Shown here piece by piece: positions 7,671-14,197 of a DNA stretch of 14,197 nucleotides (position 1 is the first letter of the stretch; each line of letters opens with the position of its first letter). Under the pieces are notes generated by a model, which worked only from the letters and a program-made list of their open reading frames with translations, was not told the DNA's origin and ran no database searches. A program made the translations under genes and the position numbers. This DNA is from Pseudobdellovibrionaceae bacterium. Lineage in GTDB: Bacteria; Bdellovibrionota; Bdellovibrionia; Bdellovibrionales; Bdellovibrionaceae. The stretch is from positions 1-14,197 of the forward strand of contig JBIKLL010000071.1 of assembly GCA_044359815.1 (NCBI GenBank), written 5' to 3'.

Positions 7671-7695
7671 AAAGCTGGCCAATCTGGCCAGCTTT
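7671..7695 (+). terminator. Probable terminator hairpin of the Rrf2 operon
   Basis: Perfect 11-bp inverted repeat AAAGCTGGCCA-ATC-TGGCCAGCTTT, 10 nt after the stop; the U-tract is short. Confidence 0.75.
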
Positions 7696-7739
7696 CTACC
7701 CGTTGTTGAAAAAACAGATTGAATAAAAATGAATCGCTT

Positions 7740-7753
7740 TGATATTAATATCA
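7740..7753. promoter_or_regulatory. Perfect 14-bp palindrome, candidate operator overlapping a putative -10 region
   Basis: TGATATTAATATCA, centred in a longer imperfect inverted repeat (7703-7778). A TTGAAT -35-like hexamer is at 7719-7724. Confidence 0.45.
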
Positions 7754-7799
7754 CAGTGATTTTTTATCAGTTCAACAAGGAAGAATTATGGGGGGAATT

Positions 7800-8327
7800 A
7801 TGAAAATGCTTTTATTTTTAGTTTGCTTGTTTTGCCAAGCTCAAGCTATTGCCGGTATCGGTTACGCTTGTGTGAATGGTTATTTGTATAAACCAGATTC
7901 AACAAATGAATACGTTTCCCAAAGTAGCTGCAGAGACGCCAAAATTAACGGTGGCTTTGCCTGTGTAAACGGCTATTTGTACAAACCTGATTTAACCAAA
8001 GAATACGTTTCTGCATCAGCCTGTTCTGTCGCAAATCTGGATCAAGAATACACCTGCGTGAATGGCTATTTGATTTTACCTAATGGCACCAGGGAGTACG
8101 TCAGTAATAGCGGCTGCAAGACTGCAAAAATTGTTGGCAAGCATGCCTGTGTAAATGGTTATTTATACATTAAAGGCTCAGATAAAACTTATGTCAGCCA
8201 ATCGGGATGCCAGGAAAGCCGATTAAGCATCGATTTTGCCTGTGTGAATGGGTATCTGCATTTACCCAATGGCGAAAAAGTTTATGTCAGCGCTTCTGCT
8301 TGCAAGAGCGCCAGGCTTAACGAATAA
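7800..8327 (+). CDS. Secreted protein composed of five 31-aa cysteine-paired repeats
   Basis: ATG 7800 follows GGGGGA (alternative start 7788) and gives the signal peptide MKMLLFLVCLFCQAQAIA. Repeat consensus is [YFH][AT]CVNGYLx8YVSxSxC. Confidence 0.88.
   Translation: MKMLLFLVCLFCQAQAIAGIGYACVNGYLYKPDSTNEYVSQSSCRDAKINGGFACVNGYLYKPDLTKEYVSASACSVANLDQEYTCVNGYLILPNGTREYVSNSGCKTAKIVGKHACVNGYLYIKGSDKTYVSQSGCQESRLSIDFACVNGYLHLPNGEKVYVSASACKSARLNE
7860..8324 (+). repeat. Five tandem 93-bp coding repeats
   Basis: The Cys codon of CVNGYL falls at 7869, 7962, 8055, 8148 and 8241, an exact 93-nt period. Copies differ at synonymous sites. Confidence 0.92.
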
Positions 8328-8337
8328 ATTTCCCCAA

Positions 8338-8811
8338 TTAGATTTTTTTTTGATTTAGGCTACGTCTTTTTTTAAAAAACTTTTTAAGTATTTCAGAACA
8401 ATCAGTTTCCAGAACTGCGCTGGTGACAGTGATTTGATGATTAAGTTTATCATCAGCTAAAATTTTATAAATTGAATCGACAGCGCCGCCTTTTGGATCT
8501 TTGGCTCCGTAAACCAATCGGTCCAAACGACTGGCTATCAAGGCTCCGGCGCACATAACGCATGGCTCCAGCGTGCTGTACAGAGTGCAGCCAGACAGTC
8601 TCCAACGTCCTAGTTTGCGTGAAGCTTTGTGTATCGCTAAAATTTCTGCGTGAGCAACTGATGAAGTCAGATTTTCTTTAAGATTGTAGGCGCTTGCCAC
8701 GATCTGCTGATCACAAACAACGATAGCAGCGACAGGAACCTCGCCGATATCAACAGCCTTTTTTGCTAACTGGAGAGCTTCTTGCATCCAGTATTCATCA
8801 GAAAATTCCAT
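8338..8811 (-). CDS. tadA: tRNA adenosine(34) deaminase TadA
   Basis: DEYWMQEAL, GEVPVAA, AHAEILAI, WRL.GCTLYSTLEPCVMCAGA, YGAKDPKGGA, LNH and FFKKRR. Confidence 0.93.
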   Translation of the reverse strand: MEFSDEYWMQEALQLAKKAVDIGEVPVAAIVVCDQQIVASAYNLKENLTSSVAHAEILAIHKASRKLGRWRLSGCTLYSTLEPCVMCAGALIASRLDRLVYGAKDPKGGAVDSIYKILADDKLNHQITVTSAVLETDCSEILKKFFKKRRSLNQKKI

Positions 8812-8830
8812 AACCTATCAATCACTTTGC

Positions 8831-8860
8831 TTGAGTTTTAGTCCTTCCTGTTGATATACA
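8831..8860 (+). promoter_or_regulatory. Putative promoter of the rpsU operon
   Basis: TTGAGT (8831-8836), 18 nt, TG-n-TATACA extended -10 (8855-8860). An SD-like GGAAGGTGG precedes GTG 8901. Confidence 0.4.
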
Positions 8861-8900
8861 ATTTCCTTTGCAAAAACAATGTGGAAGGTGGTGATTTTTA

Positions 8901-9104
8901 GTGGCTTTAACAAGAGTTAGGGACAGCGAAAGTTTTGAATCTGCGTTTAGAAGATTTAAAAAATCCTGCGAAAAAGCAGGCATTCTGTCTGAAGTAAAAA
9001 AGCGTGAACATTTCGAAAAGAAAAGCGTTCGCGATAAAAAGAAATCTGCCGCCGCCAGAAAACGTGCTGTCAAAAAACAGCGTCGTGGTTTCGGAGAATC
9101 TTAA
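8901..9104 (+). CDS. rpsU: 30S ribosomal protein S21
   Basis: [32 protein letters not shown]...K.K..AARKR; GTG start; conserved operon position. Confidence 0.96.
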   Translation: MALTRVRDSESFESAFRRFKKSCEKAGILSEVKKREHFEKKSVRDKKKSAAARKRAVKKQRRGFGES

Positions 9105-9129
9105 TCTAAGTTTTTGAAAGGATGAGCGT

Positions 9130-9576
9130 ATGGAAATTCGTGAAAAAATGAACTCGGATCTAAAATCAGCAATGAAAGATCGTGATCAAATGAAAATGGA
9201 TGCCATACGCTTTGTTCAATCGGCAATTAAAAATCGCGAAATTGAACTCAGACCAAATCCTATTTCGCAGGATGAGGTTTTAGGTGTTTTAAAAAAAATG
9301 GTTAAACAGCGAAAAGAATCTATCGAACAATATCAATCAGCGGGCCGTAAGGACCTGGTGGACAAAGAAGCAGCAGAGCTGAAAATAATTGAATCCTATT
9401 TGCCGTCGCAAATGGGACGTGAACAGGTTGAAAAAATCGTAGCCGATACAATCACTGAATTGAAAGCTTCTTCGGTCAAAGACATGGGCGCAGTTATGAA
9501 AGCCGTCATTGCAAAAACACAAGGTGCTGCGGACAACAAACTGGTCAGTGAACTGGTTAAATCAAAACTGGGCTAA
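9130..9576 (+). CDS. GatB/YqeY domain-containing protein
   Basis: DLKSAMK, KMVKQRKESIEQY..AGR.DL..KE..EL.IIE.YLP.Q and DMGAVMK; usual position after rpsU. Confidence 0.93.
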   Translation: MEIREKMNSDLKSAMKDRDQMKMDAIRFVQSAIKNREIELRPNPISQDEVLGVLKKMVKQRKESIEQYQSAGRKDLVDKEAAELKIIESYLPSQMGREQVEKIVADTITELKASSVKDMGAVMKAVIAKTQGAADNKLVSELVKSKLG

Positions 9577-9594
9577 AATTTTAGGAAAGTATTA

Positions 9595-11445
9595 ATGGCG
9601 TTTACGCAAGAATTCATTGAGCGTGTTCTTGAGGCAAATAATATTGTCGAAATTATTTCGCAACACACTCAACTAAAACCTCAAAGCGGTGGGTACATGG
9701 GACGATGCCCGTTCCCGGATCACCAAGAAAAAACCGCCAGTTTTTCAGTTTCAGAAACCAAGCAGGTGTACAATTGTTTCGGCTGTCATAAAAAGGGCAA
9801 TCTGATTTCATTTATGCGGGATTTTAATGGCATGGGTTTTCGTGATGCCATTGAATTTTTAGCCGATAGGGCCAGCATTGCATTACCCAAGGACCCATCG
9901 AACACCAAACAAGACGAAGCTTTCAGTCGCAAAAAATCAATTTATGAAATTAATAAAATCGCTGCACAGTTTTATTTTGAAAATCTGAGAAGACAAAACA
10001 AAGATCATTTTATTTTCGAATATCTGAAAAAGCGTAATCTGACACCTGAAACCGTTGAAACCTTTAAGATTGGTTTTGCGGGATCAGAATGGAATCAACT
10101 GACTGAGGCACTAAAAGCTAAAAAAATTTCTGCTCAAGCTGCGTTGGATGCAAAGCTGATCAAAGAAAAATCCAGTCAGCAGGGTTATTATGATTTGTTT
10201 CGGGAGCGATTGATGTTCCCGATTCAGAATGTCCAAGGCGATGTTTTGGGTTTTGGTGGACGAATTGTTCAAGCCGGAGAGCCTAAATATTTAAATTCAC
10301 CAGAATCCGAAGTCTTTCATAAAGGAAAAATTTTGTATGGTCTGTTTCAGACGGCAAAATACATCAGATCCATGGACGAAGTGATTTTGGTTGAAGGCTA
10401 CATGGATTTGGTTTCGTTGTATCAACAGGGCATTTACAATGTAGCAGCGACATTGGGAACTGCACTGACTGAAAATCACGCCAGAATAATTAAAAAAATG
10501 ACTCAAAATGTAGTGATTTTGTTTGACGGTGATTCCGCTGGGCAAGAGGCAGCGCGCAGAAGTTTACCGATTTTATTAGCAGCAGGTTTGCGACCCAGGG
10601 GCTTGACCCTGCCTGATGAACTGGATCCCGATGAATTTGTATCCCAGAACGGTCCCGACGAATTAAAACTGGCAGTAAAAAATTGCCCTGATTTATTTAA
10701 TGTTGTGATGAAATCTTGGATGAAGGGGTACGGCGGTCAGGTATCGCATAAGCTTAAAATTATTGATTTATTGGCACCAGTTTTTGCACAAATTTCTGAT
10801 AACAACACAAAATCACTGTATATCCAGGAGGCGGCTCAAGCATTGAGCGTCGATAAGGCCTGGATTGCCAACGCTTTAAGGCAAAAGCCCGAGGCCAAAA
10901 ACGGTCCCTTTGTCGTTAAGGTAAACACTGTCGCAGAGCCAAAATCAGGGGCTAGTGCAGAATTAAAGCCAGCTGGCGACGAAATTCAACCGCAGATGCA
11001 AGTGCAATACCAACTTAAAAAGGCCACAAAAGCCGAGCTGACATTGCTGAAACTGGTTTTATCCAACCAAAATTTCTTGGCAGAGGCACATGATCAATCA
11101 GTAGAACGCTTTTTGCAGGAGAACTCATGCAAGGAGATTTTCGTTAGAGCCCTCGAGGTTTCTAGACAAACCCCTGAAAAGTTTGGTAGTTTGGTCAGTC
11201 TGTTAACAACGTATATTGATCAACCAGAAGCCATCGTCCCTGATCTGATTTCATCGGGTGAGGAATCAGACGCCAAGCTTTTAAGGGATTGTATATTGAA
11301 AGTGAAAGAAGAATTTATTACCAGCGAATTACGAAAACTCTCGAACGAAGTGATTGCGCAACCTGATTCGCAAAAATTAGAGCGCATTTTGCAATTACAA
11401 AAAGAAAAACTAGCATTACGGCAGGGACCTGAAAGGCAAATATGA
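9595..11445 (+). CDS. dnaG: DNA primase
   Basis: Zinc finger CPFPDH.EKT.SF...[30 protein letters not shown], and TOPRIM motifs VEGYMD, FDGD.AG and DPDE. Confidence 0.97.
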   Translation: MAFTQEFIERVLEANNIVEIISQHTQLKPQSGGYMGRCPFPDHQEKTASFSVSETKQVYNCFGCHKKGNLISFMRDFNGMGFRDAIEFLADRASIALPKDPSNTKQDEAFSRKKSIYEINKIAAQFYFENLRRQNKDHFIFEYLKKRNLTPETVETFKIGFAGSEWNQLTEALKAKKISAQAALDAKLIKEKSSQQGYYDLFRERLMFPIQNVQGDVLGFGGRIVQAGEPKYLNSPESEVFHKGKILYGLFQTAKYIRSMDEVILVEGYMDLVSLYQQGIYNVAATLGTALTENHARIIKKMTQNVVILFDGDSAGQEAARRSLPILLAAGLRPRGLTLPDELDPDEFVSQNGPDELKLAVKNCPDLFNVVMKSWMKGYGGQVSHKLKIIDLLAPVFAQISDNNTKSLYIQEAAQALSVDKAWIANALRQKPEAKNGPFVVKVNTVAEPKSGASAELKPAGDEIQPQMQVQYQLKKATKAELTLLKLVLSNQNFLAEAHDQSVERFLQENSCKEIFVRALEVSRQTPEKFGSLVSLLTTYIDQPEAIVPDLISSGEESDAKLLRDCILKVKEEFITSELRKLSNEVIAQPDSQKLERILQLQKEKLALRQGPERQI

Positions 11446-13241
11446 GTACGAAAGAATCGGTTAAAGAACTGACAGTTGCAGAGCAAGAAAACTTGATCAA
11501 AGAAGAAGTTCAAAAATTTATCAAGCTTTCAAAAGAAAAAGGCGCTCTGTCAATTGAAGAAATTAACGAACTTCTGCCTGCTGAAATCATTGCGGCCAGC
11601 GTGCTGGACGGATTTATGTTAGCGCTTGAAAACAATGGCGTTACCATTAACGAAATCGTCGATGCAAAAAGCGAAGACGAAAAAGACGCCTTCTTATCTG
11701 ACCCTGATAAAGAAGAAGAAGCTGACGAAGAAGAGGTTGAAGCCGAAGACGTTAAAGGCAACGACCCCGTAAGACTGTATCTGCGAAAGATGGGATCTGT
11801 TTCATTATTGACCCGTGAAGGTGAAGTTGAGATTGCTCGACGAATCGAAAAGGGTGAACGCGAAATCGTTAGAGCGATTTTGATGTCGCCAATTGGAACA
11901 GTTGAAATTATAAACTTAGGTAAACGTTTGGATGAAGGCCGTATCAAAGTTAAATCGATCTTTCGTGGCCTTGAGGATGAAGACACTCAATACGACGAAA
12001 AAGAATACATCGACAAAATTCATGAACTGATTGGATATGTGACTCAATACCAACAAGACGTTGCAAAATATTTTGGTGTGCTGAGGGTCGAATCGACATC
12101 TGATATCGAAAGACAAAACGTTTCTAAGGAACTTAGAGTTTTCAATGAAAAATTAATGGCTAATTTTGAAAGCATTAATTTTAACCGTAAAACAATAAAC
12201 AGAATCGTGATCAAATTTAAAAACTTGGTTAACCGAATGAACACTCTTAAAAAGCGTTTGAAAGAAGGCACCGAGAGAACTTTTTCTAAAGATCTGAATG
12301 CTTTGATGGAGCGCCTGAAAGTCATTGATTCAAATGAAAAAGAATTAACAAAAATGACCAAGGACACAGGTTTGAATTACAACAAATTCAGATCATACGC
12401 TGTGCAAGCTCAAGATGCCTCAGCCAGGTTGACCAGGCTGGAAAAAGAAACTGAAATGAATTACATCTGGATTCGCGAAACCTACACTGCAATTTGGAAG
12501 GGTGAACGCGAAGCTGATTTGGCAAAAGCCGAATTGGTTGAAGCAAATTTACGTCTGGTTGTTTCTATCGCCAAAAAATACACAAACCGTGGATTGCAGT
12601 TTCTGGATTTAATCCAAGAGGGCAACATTGGTTTGATGAAAGCTGTTGATAAGTTTGAATACCGAAGAGGATACAAATTTTCGACCTACGCTACCTGGTG
12701 GATCAGACAAGCAATCACAAGAGCAATTGCGGATCAGGCCAGAACTATCAGGATTCCAGTTCACATGATCGAGACAATCAATAAGTTAGTCAGAACCAGC
12801 AGAACATTGATTCAGGAATTAGGCCGTGAACCAATGCCTGAGGAAATCGCAGAAAAAATGGATATGCCTGTGGATAAGGTCCGCAAGGTATTGAAAATCG
12901 CTAAAGAGCCAATTTCTTTGGAAACCCCAGTGGGTGAAGAAGAGGATTCGCATTTAGGTGATTTTATCGAAGACAAAAAGGTTATCAATCCTGCAGAGGC
13001 CATCGTTAATCTGAATTTAGCAGAACAAACCAGAAGGGTCCTGTCGACACTGACAGCTCGTGAGGAAAAAGTTTTGCGTATGAGATTTGGTATTGGTGAA
13101 GAATCCGACCACACCCTAGAGGAAGTGGGACAGGATTTTAACGTTACCAGGGAACGTATCAGGCAGATCGAAGCCAAGGCTTTGAGAAAGCTCAGACACC
13201 CATCCAGATCCAATAAACTGAAGGCTTTTGTCGACAGCTAG
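11442..13241 (+). CDS. rpoD: RNA polymerase primary sigma factor RpoD (sigma70)
   Basis: Region 1.1 plus acidic tract, [11 protein letters not shown], a non-conserved region, [71 protein letters not shown]. Overlaps dnaG by ATGA. Confidence 0.98.
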   Translation: MSTKESVKELTVAEQENLIKEEVQKFIKLSKEKGALSIEEINELLPAEIIAASVLDGFMLALENNGVTINEIVDAKSEDEKDAFLSDPDKEEEADEEEVEAEDVKGNDPVRLYLRKMGSVSLLTREGEVEIARRIEKGEREIVRAILMSPIGTVEIINLGKRLDEGRIKVKSIFRGLEDEDTQYDEKEYIDKIHELIGYVTQYQQDVAKYFGVLRVESTSDIERQNVSKELRVFNEKLMANFESINFNRKTINRIVIKFKNLVNRMNTLKKRLKEGTERTFSKDLNALMERLKVIDSNEKELTKMTKDTGLNYNKFRSYAVQAQDASARLTRLEKETEMNYIWIRETYTAIWKGEREADLAKAELVEANLRLVVSIAKKYTNRGLQFLDLIQEGNIGLMKAVDKFEYRRGYKFSTYATWWIRQAITRAIADQARTIRIPVHMIETINKLVRTSRTLIQELGREPMPEEIAEKMDMPVDKVRKVLKIAKEPISLETPVGEEEDSHLGDFIEDKKVINPAEAIVNLNLAEQTRRVLSTLTAREEKVLRMRFGIGEESDHTLEEVGQDFNVTRERIRQIEAKALRKLRHPSRSNKLKAFVDS

Positions 13242-13244
13242 ATC

Positions 13245-13859
13245 TTAAATCAGTTTTCTAAATCCCAGTTTGGCGTCAGAAGGTCTGTCCTTTTCGCTGC
13301 ATTTGCGGTCAAACAACGTGCGTTCACCCATCTGAATCTTTTGTTTTTGAACAACCAGCAAATCAAACTGATCAGGACATTCAGAGACCGCTTTGAATTT
13401 GCCACAGTTTAAACCTGAAATGTCCATTTCGACCTTAAATTGATTCAGACAACGACTTAACCCCAGTTCCGAAATTATCCTGGGGTCTCGTTTGACTGCC
13501 TTTACGAATTTTTTGATCGTCTTGAAATCTATTTTAAAGTTTTGATCAGATTCTTTGTTCGTTACAAAGGTACCTTCTTCGCGAAAGACCAGCAGGATTT
13601 TTTTAAATTCCTTATCAGATGCAATGGTCGTCACCAGTTCCCATCGATTCTTTGTAAATCGATACTCGAAGTTATAGTTATAATCTTTAAATCCAATCGA
13701 GGATTCAGACTTCCAGGCGCCATACAGATTGGGCGTCAGCGTGGATTCAGCAGCGGAAGCCTCGGTTGACTGAGATGTTGGGGTATCGACGGCCTTTTGT
13801 GTGTTTTGACATGAAGGCAGTGCAAAAAGGAGTATCCAAAATAGTGTTTTGTATTTCAT
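13245..13859 (-). CDS. Lipoprotein with an APCDD1-like beta-barrel domain
   Basis: Lipobox LPSC (Cys17) and a S/T/A-rich tether, then GAWKSE...F...W......D......EGTF...IDF...C...DISGLNC...ECPDQFDLL...MGER...CSEKDRP. The domain call is from recalled motif similarity only. Confidence 0.7.
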   Translation of the reverse strand: MKYKTLFWILLFALPSCQNTQKAVDTPTSQSTEASAAESTLTPNLYGAWKSESSIGFKDYNYNFEYRFTKNRWELVTTIASDKEFKKILLVFREEGTFVTNKESDQNFKIDFKTIKKFVKAVKRDPRIISELGLSRCLNQFKVEMDISGLNCGKFKAVSECPDQFDLLVVQKQKIQMGERTLFDRKCSEKDRPSDAKLGFRKLI

Positions 13860-13892
13860 AGTGCTTTACATTTTTATCCAGATTGTGCTTGA

Positions 13893-13921
13893 TTGCCACC
13901 TGAACTCGATTTTGCTAGTGT
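13893..13921 (+). promoter_or_regulatory. Putative sigma70 promoter of the tRNA
   Basis: TTGCCA (13893-13898), 17 nt, TG-n-TAGTGT (13916-13921), ending 16 nt before the tRNA. Confidence 0.55.
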
Positions 13922-13937
13922 ACGTTAGGACCAAAAT

Positions 13938-14014
13938 GGGGGCTTAGCTTAGTTGGTTAAAGCATCCGGCTCATAACCGGAGGATCGAAGGTTCGAGTCC
14001 TTCAGCCCCTACCA
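13938..14014 (+). tRNA. tRNA with CAT anticodon, probably tRNA-Ile2 (lysidine-modified) rather than Met
   Basis: 77-nt cloverleaf: acceptor GGGGGCT/AGCCCCT, D stem GCTT/AAGC, anticodon stem TCCGG/CCGGA with loop CTCATAA (CAT at 13972-13974), T arm GAAGG-TTCGAGT-CCTTC, encoded ACCA. It lacks initiator features and has A37, A38, A73, U12-A23 and C29-G41. Confidence 0.95.
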
Positions 14015-14070
14015 CCTCAAATAAGCGTCGCAATACTTTGTCAGCTTCATCCTCACTCCTTGCAACCTAC

Positions 14071-14197
14071 GGTTCTCCCCACTCAACATTAGATAGGTTT
14101 AAAAAGTTTTGAAAAGACAAGCACTTAGGGTCCTGAGTTTATAGTTTTTAAAGCTTCTATATCCGAAAGCCCTTCTCTGTATTAGCTTTCCGGTTCC
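14071..14197 (-). mobile_element. Right end of an ISL3-family insertion sequence (continues beyond the window)
   Basis: A GGTTCT terminus at 14071, typical of ISL3 inverted-repeat ends, lies 28 nt beyond the stop codon of a transposase-like C-terminus. Confidence 0.78.
14099..14197 (-). CDS. ISL3-family transposase, C-terminal 32 aa (partial)
   Basis: The minus strand from 14197 reads GTGKLIQRRAFGYRSFKNYKLRTLSACLFKTF-stop, matching the ISL3 C-terminal K.I.R.A.G(F/Y)R.F.NY.LR.L..C motif. Too short for the ORF track. Confidence 0.82.
   Translation of the reverse strand, partial: GTGKLIQRRAFGYRSFKNYKLRTLSACLFKTF

Noticed and set aside
7860..8324. Regularly spaced repeats as a CRISPR array or DGR template
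   Set aside because: The period is an in-frame 93 nt with synonymous divergence and no unique spacers; no cas or reverse transcriptase gene is in the window.
8822..13769. Opposite-strand ORFs over rpsU, yqeY, dnaG, rpoD and the lipoprotein (e.g. 11510..11986, 12812..13213, 13542..13769)
   Set aside because: Typical antisense shadows of conserved, codon-biased genes.
13938..14014. Initiator tRNA-fMet
   Set aside because: No C1:A72 mismatch and no three consecutive G-C pairs in the anticodon stem.

Overview
A bacterial chromosomal window (standard code, AT-leaning), most likely Bdellovibrionota. That assignment is inferred from the fibre/adhesin protein style, the CPFPDH primase zinc finger and a C-terminal Cxx(I/L)F motif. 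The left half is accessory: the C-terminal end of a phage-tail-fibre-like protein running off the left edge, a large secreted Ig-like plus beta-helix surface protein, a helical exported hypothetical, a class-V PLP enzyme lacking the desulfurase cysteine, a membrane protein, a small secreted aromatic-rich two-Cys peptide, an autoregulated Rrf2-DoxX-NADPH oxidoreductase operon with a perfect operator palindrome, and a secreted protein of five 31-aa Cys-paired repeats. The right half is core: tadA divergent from rpsU-yqeY-dnaG-rpoD, a convergent APCDD1-like lipoprotein and a CAT-anticodon tRNA (probably Ile2). At the right edge lies the end of an ISL3-family insertion sequence that the ORF track misses. 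The best candidates for undescribed biology are the fibre plus 'AFW'-motif tip-adhesin pair, the five-repeat Cys protein with its palindromic upstream region, the CxxIF C-terminal tag and the APCDD1-like lipoprotein. All family calls come from motif recognition; no searches were run.
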